From: Iphione sp. A-MEVVRFRX5
Taxonomy: Eukaryota
Assembly: GCA_976226885.1 (NCBI GenBank)
Contig: OZ320319.1
Location: forward strand, 26,350,001-26,414,000
DNA length: 64,000 bases
Direction: 5' to 3'
Each line of letters begins with the position of its first letter. The stretch's first letter is position 1. This document shows positions 51,633 through 64,000 of this stretch, one piece after another. Under the pieces are notes generated by a model. The model was not told where the DNA came from. It searched no databases and was given only the letters and a program-made list of their open reading frames with translations. Made by a program: the position numbers and the translations under genes.

Positions 51633-54486
51633 TTCAATTTCCATCTCTATCTCAAGCCTCACTTATCTATGCGGAGAAAATGTATTTTCCAATCTATATC
51701 CATTGATAACTTCTCCCTTTATTGCCAGTCGAATTGTCTGTCGACAATGTATCGTGTCTATAATGTGACAGGTTTTCGTGGGTACCCAGTGTGTGCGATA
51801 AGAGTCAGCTTCACTTAAAATAATATTCTACTCAATATGGCAAAATAAAAAGACGTCAACATATCGGCGTCTAAATATTTATTCTGTAAATACGTTGTAT
51901 AGACAATTTTACAATTCGCAAGAAGCGGTTTGATTTAATTCAAGGTAATATTGACGGAGTGGACATCATCTGTCATCGCGCTACCTATCGGGACGCCTGC
52001 ACTAAATGGTAAAACATACGCCCGGATACTTTACAAATTACACAGCACGGGTGGACCGGAAGGGGATGTACTGGCTGCAGCCATAAAGAACAATCAATGC
52101 CACTTAGGACGCTGATGAATGTTAACCTGGCGCTGTGCAACTCCAACTATCTGCCTGGTGCCCGGGTGCACTTTCAACTCCTTTTAGGCAAGGCTAGTTT
52201 TGTGTGTGTGTGTGTGTCTGTGTATATGTGTGTCTATTAGTGCATGCGTGGGGGTGGGGGGGGGAGAAAAGGATCGTGCTTCAAGATAGAAAACAAATAC
52301 ACTATGGAGTCTGCAGGACATTGGGTACATAGTGAGCGGGTAAGGAGAAAGGTTTTTTTACTGTCCCGGTCTCTTGGGTACAATTTCCAGCACAAAGTAG
52401 AATGGCTGGCGGTGTACTTCAAAGAGGTCTAAAGCAGGTAGAAAAAGCACCTCGAAGGGTTAATCTGGTTTCAATGACAATATAGGGTAGAGCCTGTAGC
52501 AAAGGTATAACATCTCAAATTCGCCTATGATTTTAGTCAGTAATTCAATATAACATTTAATATTGTTAATGTATGAATCGATCTTACAGTAGCAAATAGT
52601 TTTTTAGCAGCATCAGTAAACCTGCAAAGCAGTGTTTACGACACATCAGCTGAGGTGAGGGAATAGTGTTGCTTAGTGTAATTACTATTCGCATCAAGAC
52701 TACTGCACCATGAGTTTTCATTACAAGTGAATAAAATGACGAAAAGAGTCTAGAATACCAGCCAAATCATTCAAAAGTTCCATATTGTATTCCCCCACCA
52801 CAAAAATACAGAGGAGGTTTCTTCCTTTTTTGTCAGTTTAGACATTTCCTTCTGTTGCCAGAAAAGGGCAGGGGAAAATGGTTTTAGATGAGGCATCTGA
52901 CCTGCGAACTTTGGCCTAAGAAGCTTTGCTTACGGGCACTTACTGGGAAGACCAGCACTGTGCAAACCGGATGGTATACCCAATTAGAAGGAAGCCCCAA
53001 ACGATGGCATCAAAACGAGCATGCATAGAACTGTTTAAAGCCAGTGATGGTTGTCTCTATGTTGAAAAGGTGGCTTCCTAGACAAGCCACTGGGGAGTAA
53101 AGTCATTTAAAGCCTAAAACAATCTCCCGAACCAAACCTCGCTGGCATCCATTGTCTTTTCCAATAAACGAGGTGAAATACAGTGTCCCCTGAGGTTTTT
53201 ACATATTAAAGTTATGCTACAACATCATTTGAACCTTAATTGGTGCACTAAACACGATTCTGAAGTCATCTCCGTTCGTTGGTATGCGTTACATAGCCAG
53301 ATGAATCCGGCGACTTCTAGTTACGCATATTAACTACTCCTCGAGGCATACCGTAGCGCACGAATCACTCGCTGTGCCCTATTCACTTGCTCTTTTGATG
53401 AATAAAAGGGACCTTTCGAACAGTGCACATGTCGTGATTTGATAAACACCCTCCGCACGATACTATCCCTCTCGATAAGAAAACTATGCCAAATATCGTT
53501 TTCTACCGGCTACGAAACACATCACGCTTCCAAACAATATATTCCAGTCAGCAGCCAGGCAGTCCATTTCCCCAGGGTTCACTGATGACCTTCTCCCAAC
53601 CTTGGCCGGTGAAGGTCATGGAGAGGGGTCCAAGGTCGGTTCTAATAGCCCACTTGACAGCGGTAGCTCATTACTTTCTCCTGCTCCTGCCTATCATTCT
53701 CTCCGCTCTCCCCATCACCTGCTGCTGTAGCTTGGCAGAGCGGACCTGACTCCGATTACAAACATACATCGATAGGTGTTATCGGGCGGCCCTACAAAAT
53801 ACAGGAATTTCTACTGCTCCACCCTAAGTATACATTGTATCGCCTCGGTTGGATTTTTTGTTTGAAAAATCGTTTTGTTTCGGTCCATCCACATGCAACG
53901 GATTGATTGAGGGTAACCATGACTCATCAATTCCCCCCTCCGATCTCTTTTAATAATTCCTTTTTTCCCGACATTTTCTGAATTAACGAGTTGCACTATG
54001 ACGTTAAATTAGAACATTTCTTCAAAGTAGTTATCATTGGATGGCCTCGAAAGTGACCATCTTATGATGCAATATGTGAAAATACAGGGTTTTTTTTGCA
54101 GCTTACTTATTTCGCCAGCTCACCGTTGCCGCCTCAGTGGTGTCTTTGCCATAGAAGCACCGCCGCCCACGCCACCTGCCTCTTCTCTACGCCCTATCCA
54201 AACCACACCTCCCTCCTCCAGCGCAGAAGCCAGGTACGCAGACCACTTGATATACGTGGCGGCCTCTACCACTGGGGAGTAAAGCCGCAGGAGTGCTGCT
54301 TTAATCTGCCGCCTATACATCTTCATCAAGATCGCTTTACAAACAGAAGCTGCTAACGCCATTTCTTTCGGAGGGTGTGGGGGGGTAGCGAAGGTACCTG
54401 CTCCCACACTTACATATTCGTGATGGCGACAGGGTTGTTGGCTGCAGAGCTCATCCCCGTGTCGCACACCGTGCTGTGTATGTATG

Positions 54487-54525
54487 TGTGCGCGTGCGTG
54501 CGTGCGTGCGTGCGTGCGAGTGTGT
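54487..54525. repeat. (CGTG)n microsatellite
   Basis: About six CGTG units flanked by (TG)n. Confidence 0.9.
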
Positions 54526-57500
54526 GCTTACGGTGAGGGAGCACAGGTGGGTCTCTAATGCAGGTATAAACCCATATCATTCCCAGACAAGCCCACAGTA
54601 TTATATTTCACATCATGCCTTCTTATCACAGGAAACAATAGGTTGAAACCCTGCCTTTTATAGGCAAAGCACTTAGAGCACCGCCTCATGTCTGCCATTC
54701 TCCCTGAGACGGTATCGCTGATGCCTCATGGCAGTCCTCAGCACGCAGTTTCCTAATATTCCCTCAAGTATCATGTATATTTTCATGCTTGTCGTTATCG
54801 ATGCCCCTGCCTTTTTTAGCGCGCACACTGATTAGAGCTTAAGTACTTAACATATTGTAAGGAGGTGTGGATGGTTTGCCCCCCCCCCACCTCGTGTGTT
54901 TTGTAGGAAATAGATTTCTCCTTGGGATTACCCCAACATTTGACACCAAGCGAAACCATCGCATGTTTCCATGGCATGCTACCCGAGCGCAAGGGTCGCT
55001 CTGGTTTACACGCATTTTTCTTTTGGATCCATGTTTACAAGTAGCGGTTGAAGGAGTCCCTGGCGGGAGAGAGGAAGACTCACGGGGTTTGGGAAAGGGC
55101 CGCTTTGGTGTTGAGAATTGGCTGAATCAGATAATGAGAAACACACAAACGAGCTGTTTATTTGCTCTTGGGCAGGTATGTTTATTCTAGAATGAAAAAA
55201 AGACTGCAGACAAGCAAACTCATAAATCTAAATGTTATAGCTCAGCGCTTGGGGCTGCGGCAAAACAGGCCATGGAGGGATCGTGTACGCGTAGTGCGTA
55301 GTCCGCAGTCCGGTACGTATATTTTTATATTTGTTCAGTCTTGTCGGTGCCCGGTACATCTAATTGTGAGGATGATGTGATACATGGTGAAAGGCGCGTG
55401 AACCAAGGCAAAGAAATACCTCGTATCCATTCTTGCAGGAGCGTAGTAAAGAATGTTTGGGAATGGAATCAGTCGGTGAAAGAAATAACGTTTGCATATT
55501 TCTGCATATATGATATACATATACAACTTTTGGTTCCTATACGTGGATATATTTACACACAGCGAGTTATCAGAGATCCTATGTATGTACATTTGTGTGC
55601 CTCTAACAGCGTAGTGATGATGTCGGGGAATTCAGCCACAACTCTTACTACTTTTATAACTGACGGGGGTAAACTACCCTTGGAATCTGTGCTACTTATG
55701 GCTTATTTTCTTCCTGTCCTGTGTCGCTTTCCATGTACATGTAAATATACTTCTCTGCTATCTACAAATCGTAGAGCACGTTCCCAAGATCAAGTTTATG
55801 TATGTTTTTTTATACCCTATGTAACTATACATACAGACCTAACAATATGAATACACTACCTTCAGTGAAAAGAGGTTATTTCAGATAAGGACACCATGGA
55901 CATGGGCACCTACATGGTACCTGGCTACTTCTTCCTTTGAGTGGATAATATAGTCTCACCATGAATAAGGGCGCAGATAAAGAAATAACCTCTAACCCCA
56001 TAGAGCACTCTATGAGTCATTGAGAGGATGTCTTAGAAATAATATTTTATGACCTATAAATGAATGAAGTCAGAAAATGGACCCTTAAGGAAGGCAAACA
56101 ATACCTAAGTATACTCCTTCCCTTCTATCTCAGACCGAGATGCTCAGAGGGTATGATGTGCTCTTTGACCCAGAGGTAGAGTACCATTCGATACACTAGG
56201 GATGAAATCCTCGAGAATCTAAGCCCCCTAATAATACATCAGGACACCTCCCAGTATCTTGAAATAGAATGAGAAGTATCTATCTTGACATTATTCAATC
56301 CCCAGGGACTATATCTGTTAGGGGGCTTGTAGCTTTATATAAGACACATGTAGAAGGGCACAAAACATAAACATAGAAAGTTATCATTGAATGACCTTTT
56401 AACTATTCCTTAAGTGATGTCTATCACCTCTTTTTAGGTACATGCACTATATTTTATCTTCAAAACGATCCTTAAAACCTCAAAATGCATCCAACTTAAT
56501 GCATTTGTCCCTCCAATCATGCATAAAATTGGACACTTTGGCCTTTTCATGATGTATTTAACCAGAGACAATTAGCCTCACAGGGTAAAGGAGCCATGCT
56601 TTAATGTTGAGAGATGCGTGGGGGGGAAGGCTAGTCGCTATTTGCACTTCCTGCAACTGTTTGAACTATGCGTGCATCCTCTAATACACCTGGATTTTAC
56701 CTTTAGCGAGTCTGGATCCACCCAGGCTCAAGGCTATGCGGAGTATCATTCGCCCATTAGTCCTAAAAGTCCGCTAAATACAGGGACGTGTCAGAACACA
56801 GAAAAAGAGCTGAAATCAATAGTCCTGATATTATTTTTACCTGGAGGTCTTACCTCTATAAAGATGTAATTATCAATGTTCGTTTTTTTCCCTTTCGAAA
56901 CAATTTCCTGCACACTGAGTGATGTTGAGTAGTTGTTTGTTGCTTTTATATTACTGTATTCAAAGTGCGATGGTTCTCCGTGCCATATGGCGTTTTTACG
57001 CGCTCCTTTTCACTTAACCGAATCTGCCAATATTCGCGATCCAAAATTTAAATAACCACACCTCACTAAGTTTTTTCCGGACGATATAGACGTAGAGGGA
57101 ACAATGATGCTGTACATAATGTCCTATCAAACGTCAAGTTGTGCTTTTCTGGCGGTCGATGCTCTACCGGGCGATGACAAAACGTGTAACCCACGTCGAT
57201 AGATCTTTCATCACAGTCTGTACCACCGTATCGGAATCTTTCAGCCATGCAGCCTCGATAACATCGAGAGGTTTGTTACTGGTGGCCAACAAAATGTTTC
57301 GTTGATTACCATCTTGATTTATTTCAGCGTGTATGCAGAACTAAAGGACATTTTTCCTCATGTTGGTGTCGTTATTGTACCTGTCAAAGTTCTGAAGAAT
57401 CTGAGATTACAGATACGTACTTGTATGCACAACCATTCATTCTCAAAATCCAAATGCGCACATTTCACTACTGTGTTATACTAGGCAACCCAAACTCTAC

Positions 57501-60500
57501 ATGTATGAAGTTTCCCAATAGGAACCACTCTCCTTCGATATTTAATATCACCCTGAGGCTTTGAAAGGAGGCTATTGAACGCATTCTAAGCAGTTTGGTT
57601 CAGAGGACATACCAAAAAGACATTTGACTAATTTGAGCTACAAGGGGGTCAAGAGGTCTGGCCGAACATACAGGGGTGTTCAGCATCAGAAAAAGTGTCA
57701 TCTCAGCGAAATATCACAAATTGCAATGGCTCAGGCGATAATATTTAACAACATCTTCATCGTAAACATGCACACATACAAGTACAATTGAATTTAACAG
57801 TTGTACGGAAGTACCTTGGGAGGAGTGCGGGAGTCCCAGGCAATTAGTTCATTTTAACACAATGACCACTCCCGTTTCTGAGAAGGGATAATTCCATTAT
57901 AATTCCCAATACTTGCTATGTAGTCACCAGTGAATGATAGGTAAAGCATTTAGAAGACCGTATAGTCATGGTTTCTGGGAAACTGTGAGGAAACGCCCCA
58001 TCCTCCTTATGTCTTTATTGGTCTAGTGCAGTGAAAGCGATCTTCCTGGAGGCACGTTATGAATAGAGATTACTTTGGGGACTTATTACTTAGGAAATGA
58101 AAATAAATATGGACAGCCGCAAGGCAAATGGGATGGTACGCCTGTCAAAAGCCAAGGAATATATTTGTCAGGCCGTCAGCGTTTAGTATATACATGTGTG
58201 TAATTTTAGGTCATGATCCTTTAATATTTAAGGAAATACCTCTATGAATTTCCATCATTTACGACCCTTTACAAGTACCTGATTATTCTCTAAAGATATT
58301 TACTTCCGCATAGAAGGTTTTCGCTGCTTTTCTTCAATAAATGATGCAAATTGCCGGAACGGAGGACACGTAAATAAGAGGTAATGAATGTTTGCATTAG
58401 CTGAAGTATAAAAATGTGAATGGGCGTACATGTACATCGTTATCATAATGTTCTCCGTGGAGGGTGAACTGATACATTCAGTCTCTGCTGTTGGTAAAGC
58501 AATTCAATGAAATATCATTACACTGGTCGGTGTATTACCTAAAGACAACAGAGTACGACGTATATAGGATTGCAATACGGGAGACTGATAATATGGCCAT
58601 AGACATAGCCTCTTTTATAACTCCACCGACGCCGTCAGCATTACATAACCAACGTAATACTGTATTATAAAAACACTTGCAATGAGTCACATCAAATGAG
58701 GGGAAAATCTAAGCTGTGTGCTGCAGACGGAGGACAGTTATACAGTGTGGTTTTGCTGACCACATCAATGGGTTTCATCGAGCAGCCCATACCTACGAAC
58801 ACACGGACTTTGACGACCCACAAGCCAGTATGCTATGGCATTCTATGTAGATGATACAAAACATCAGTTTCTAAAATCCCAGGCTTTGACAGATCGAAGA
58901 ATACTAGGTGAAGCTTTCTAAGAAACATTCACCTGAACAAGGGATCCAGCAGCTGCTCCGGTTCAAGATACGAGTGTCACCAAACTTGTAGGACTACCCA
59001 TTGATTTCAGTCACCCCGACCTATGCGAGGCGACCTGCAGATTTGAAATTTGAAAATCGAAACTTATTTAAGTACATCTCCCTGCAATATTATTGCACAG
59101 TGTTCTTGTTGTATTGTTGATGAAAAAACCCTCCTATACTCGATGACTGGGAACAACAAGGGAAAAAAATTACATTTTGCCAAGTGTCATCGCATTCAAC
59201 ATGGAAGCAATATAATTTCACTATAGATCCAGTAGGCTTAAAAATGGCAAAATAAACCTCCAAACAGTTCATACACTGTGCCATTGCCGAGGGAGGACTG
59301 CAATGTTTTAGAAACCCCAATGTGCAGCTAGAGCGGTGGTTTTCAGGATATTTGTTGAGCACATTAATGAAAAGGCTGTGTCCGTCTTGCAGTAATCTGA
59401 TATTTGCACCATGCGAAGCTATTACTATGTGACATTATGTGTCATAATTCGTGTAGGATTACCAAACCAAGACCTTCTCAGTTTTCCTGTTAATAAACAT
59501 TGACACTCCGCTAAAAATAGCCAATGTATGGATGGCATATGGGCACTCCCACTGGTTGGTCCATTTAAGAAATGATCTAGTCATTAGTAACATTAAATGA
59601 ATCTTGTGCGAGTCTGCTTCATGCATGGTAAATTCACTTATATCACCAGAAATTATAGGAATTTTATTTTACATATCCCTAGAATATATATGATTTCCCT
59701 TTTAATATATTTATGTTTTTCTGAACGTTGTGCGAAAACATATCACTGGAATGAGTCGCATATGTCATCTGGAGGACCTAATGGAATAAATTTGGCTGTG
59801 TAGCTTCATGACATCGATCTGACCTGTGGTACAGGACTGTAAACTAATAGGTTATCACAAAGACTGCAAGTTTAAAAAAACTGACTTATGCCGCAGAAGA
59901 CGCAGTTGCCGGCGTATCAGATTGACAAGAAAAGGAGCATTGCTTTTAAATAATGTCAAGATGTATGCATCTTCTTAAAACCTTCCTGTACTCTCACTGA
60001 GACTAACTGCTTTGTGGTAGCAATTGAGGAATTTGAGCTCTAAATATTTTGTGCATCATGCAAATGGGTCTAACGATAACTTATTACTGACTACCTTGAA
60101 TAAATGCAATCAAGCTACCCAAATTCATATTGCATATTATCGTTTCCCTACATCACATGAACCCCATGTTTTATTTCATTTCATACCTGCTTGCTGTACA
60201 GATTTTGTGTGTTACTTGTTAGTAAAAGTTCGTTTTACTTCCAGGGAAAACTTAACGTTATTTTGGAAAATATTTCGGCAAGATGTCCTTGTCCTCATCG
60301 ATACTATCGCCAGCCAAAGTGGCTCATTGCTAATATAGACTTGACAATTTAGATGTACAGAAACCGTTACTCCCACGTTTTAAACATTTTTATTTTAAGT
60401 TTGTTAAGGTGTTGATTCTGCATACAAATATTAAATTATTAACATAATTTATTAGCTGATTTTAATTATAGCAGCTAGATGAATATAGACGATTTTCCTA

Positions 60501-60581
60501 AACCGAACACTCCAAATCTAAAACACCCAAATCTGAGCATATATCACTGGAACCAATGTTTTCTACTATAAAAAGTAACAT

Positions 60582-60635
60582 ATAACTGATTTTAAAAGTA
60601 TCCTATAACTGATTTATATCCTAAAACTGATTTTG
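60582..60635 (+). repeat. Three imperfect tandem copies of a ~17-23 bp TATCCTATAACTGATTT unit
   Basis: tataactgatttt-aaaag-tatcctataactgattta-tatcctaaaactgatttt. Confidence 0.65.
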
Positions 60636-63600
60636 TTTCAGCCGAAAATGCCTGAATTTCACCGTTCTTCATCTAATTTTTGCTGTTTTTCGGATAGAAA
60701 TACAGTGAAAAGGTGAGAGACACTGCAGTGACACCTTTGGTCACACTTTGGACAACAAAGAGTGGGTAAAAAAAGTGGCCTTAGGCCACAATGTAAATTC
60801 CAAAAACTCCAAGAACCGAACGAAATGGGCGTAAACGGCTGGTTCCGTTTTCGAGTATTGACCGTATGTACACACTGTAATCCCAATTATCAAAACCATT
60901 CATAATTTCATGAAAACATCATTACAGTGTTGAAAGGTGTGAGAAGCCTTTTGATATGCTGATCCTAATATTTCTTTAAATACATGTATATGGTTGTCAA
61001 TCTTTATAAACACATTAACATGTGTGACAAGTGTTAGTCAATGACTGCTGAAAACTTGTTTTTACAATGCATGAAGGCTATCAGATGTGGCAAAGTCAGT
61101 CGACAGAAATACGTGTCTGTCGCCTAAAAGAGAAGTGTTCCCTCATATTAAGAGTGAAATTCATTACTGGCAATTACAGGGCTTAGGGGACAGCTTAATC
61201 CAGCGAGACAGGCCTTAACGAGGAAAACAATAAGCAGATTACGTAGAATTCGGATGACACGGACTATAAAATTCATTACTTGTTATTATCCTTTTGTGAG
61301 CAATCATGTTTGGAAATTTTAACTTTAGTATATGAAATGTTATTCGATTAGTGGAGCTCTCAATCTAGCTCAGGACACTGTTTACTGGTCAAGAGATAAA
61401 TATAAACGTAGCTCAACTTTAAATCCACAGACTTGGATGCTCATCATAAATGAAAAGTGTAATTATGGCATTCATGCTGTGATAATATCATGTTGCATGC
61501 TAGTTACTGCAAACTGGCAAACTGAGTAACGGACAATTAATTAATAGAGGTTATTAGGGTAGATATGATAAGAAAAGTGTTATTGTCCGTATAGCTTTCA
61601 AGTCCAGTAGCAACTCACGTTGAGTGCAACTCGAGGGGAGCAACTTAATGCAATTTAGGCTGTTCCAAAGGTTTATTTTCTGAGAGGTAACTAGCTCAGG
61701 TAGCACGGCCACTCACAGTTAAGGACAAGATTGTATAGTCTTATAGCTCGTCTTAATTCTAGGATTCAGCTTTATAGCATTGAGGGCTACTGACATTAAG
61801 GAGACTTTAATTCTTTGGTTTTGGTACATAACATGTTGAAAACTGGAAAGTGAGGTCCATATCCCCATGCATGATACCTTTGTACATGCCTGCTAGTACA
61901 ATCCTCGTTGAGGTGGCGATGATCCGAAATCCACCATGAAGTCCTCGGATTTTCTCAATGTTGTAGAGTGTTACACAACAATTCCATCAGACAAGTACAT
62001 GAGAAACCCACCTCAGTAAAAACTAACCATGTCACAAACTACTCTACATCCCCTGTTTAAAAAGAATACACTCTTCTGGGTGGCCTGGAACTATACGTTG
62101 CCAATCGTCTATCCCCGTGTAACCGATTTTGCAGGCATGTGTTCAGAGACACAGGTGTTCCTTGTTGAAAATAAGAATCCTATAGCCTTCCCCTTTGGCT
62201 GGCTACACCTTGTGTTTTATCAGAAAGGTAGCTGCTATATAAACATTATAATGGCCTTCCCTCGCAGTCTCCTTCGACTGCTTGCAACGATGAACAGAAG
62301 CAAATTGTGCAATACCAGAAAGAATTGTAAAAGGCAGTTCGGGGTATGCTTAGTCCAGCACTAGGCAGGTTTTCAGGAAGCCTCGGAAACCCCGAGGCTG
62401 TTACCGAGTCCTAGGTGCTGGCAAGGGTTGCCACGTGCCTTCGCAGACTGAGGCCGACAGACATTTTTTGGTGGTTTCTCACCGATCTGCAGGAGTAGAT
62501 TGGCGCCTACCTTGTCGGCGAGAATCGCATTGACTTGTGTAGGTACTGGCGGGCACATGTCACCAGGGAGTTGGAACAGCTCGGAGTAAACGTTCTATAC
62601 TGAGCCACGCCCCCTTCCCTTTCCCCCCTCTCCCCTCCCCCCCTCCCCATACAGCTATGGATGGCATTGAATGGCAAATGTAGAGGCGGCAGCCACAATA
62701 ATGGCGCTCGGGACCTTCATTAAGAGACAGGGTAACCACGTCAAGGCCTGCTCCGACTACATGGCTGTAGTCACTAGATGGATGAGCGATTCCATCATCC
62801 TCTGTAGCGCCCACAACATTTGAATATCACTAGCCTGCTCCTGCGAACACTGCACAGCTGTCGGAAAAACTTTTGGCAGATGCAAAGTCACAAATTCCGC
62901 CTATATTTCTACAAGCATCGTTGAGGCTTTCATTCCTATTAGGATGTAATTTCCGGAACTTCTCACTGAATTTGGTCAACGACCTCTTTATCACACCTGT
63001 TGCATGCTTGATGACTGATGGAAGCAAGACATTGCATATCAATGTCAAGGGTCCTGCATGGGATCCATGTGCTGCACCACTTCCACAAACCGCCGCCTTC
63101 TGATGACGTGTAGAGACACAATTGCTCATCCCGAATGTCCAGCAGGTTGGTAGGTAAACTCCGTGTACCTCACTTCCTTCAACCACGTATCCACGGACTA
63201 AGAGGCCTCTCCTGTCACATTTTGATGTCATGTTAAATACATACTCTGATACAGTGTCATGCCCCATCCGGCACTGGGTGCTCTAGCCAAGATTTAGTGT
63301 AATCCAGTCATTCTGTGATGTATTACGCTGGTAAGTGTTGCTGCTGCACCACACCAGCTTCCGGCAGCAGTTACCGATCATCTTTGCCCAGTCTTAGCTG
63401 GATTGCTCAATGTTTGTGAAATATCATGTTCCTGTCATGAAAGCCATCATGGCATTGTATGGATATAAAGGAGTATTTTACGCTAGATATACAGACACCC
63501 TACAGACTGTTTACTTGGAGTGAACCAGATGGTTCCCTGTGGACATTCATTACCTTTTAAAATAGACGTTCCTCTGGCATTCTCAACCAGGCTGACGCTA

Positions 63601-64000
63601 CCGTGCATTGGTCCTCTACTTGAAAAACGTGACCCTCCAGTAGCCACTAGGGATGAGGCATAATTCCAGTTTAAGTCAGGCTGATCTGTTTATGCTGTCG
63701 AGTGATATACTACGCCGAGACCTGCCAGTCTGATGTCGCCATGTTGCTTTCCTCGCTCACAATTAGTATGGCACAGGCAGCATTTTGAGAATTTAATAAT
63801 CAATTCGCAGCCGACAATTTAGAAATAACAAAGCCTTTCAGTAAGCGGAGTCACCGTCGAAATAAAGATCCCTTAGAGCCAGCGTCGATAATTGTTTGAC
63901 GGATGCATCAGGCGTCGAAAGTTGAGACGACAGCTTAAGTACTCGGTAATATGCAGGTGTGCGTTTGTATTTTTACATTGACAGATCTGACAATGATATG

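Noticed and set aside
55341-55850. 169-aa plus-strand ORF
   Set aside because: No recognisable motif and it runs through AT-rich low-complexity sequence; probably a chance ORF.
55871-55993. 12-bp inverted repeat AGAGGTTATTTC/GAAATAACCTCT
   Set aside because: Short, no TSD, and does not extend; within chance expectation.
60773-60787. GTGGCC-TTA-GGCCAC palindrome suggestive of abutting MITE ends
   Set aside because: No matching distal termini found nearby.
62560-63267. 145-aa and 84-aa same-frame minus-strand ORFs
   Set aside because: Separated by two consecutive stops, no recognisable domain, and no convincing splice sites.
1-64000. Prokaryotic systems (CRISPR arrays, operons), rRNA or intact tRNA genes
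   Set aside because: No regularly spaced repeat-spacer array, no dense ORF packing and no complete cloverleaf; the sequence is eukaryotic non-coding DNA.

Overview
Eukaryotic, AT-rich, largely non-coding DNA. The base composition, frequent TACATGTA, microsatellites and MITEs suggest a marine invertebrate, possibly amphioxus; this is an inference only. The one unambiguous coding block is a complete, apparently very young tyrosine-recombinase retrotransposon of the DIRS order, Ngaro type, on the minus strand at 4559-9099. It has split direct repeats in the order A1-gag-RT/RNaseH-YR-B1-A2-spacer-B2, the A copies and the B copies are each identical, and all three ORFs are intact. It inserted at a CAT trinucleotide inside an old, decayed CR1/L2-group LINE 3' fragment. 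The most interesting signal is a textbook -1 ribosomal frameshift cassette at the gag/pol overlap: A_AAA_AAC, an 8-nt spacer and a stable stem-loop. A splice-acceptor-like sequence also lies just before the recombinase ORF. The remaining ~59 kb shows no recognisable host protein-coding exon and looks like a large intron or gene desert. It holds three MITE-like elements, a probable tRNA-derived SINE, LINE-like tails, a 124-bp tandem duplication, a 34-bp-arm hairpin, a dense TGACA cluster, a decayed coding-like segment with a peptide repeat, and two promoter-like motif clusters.
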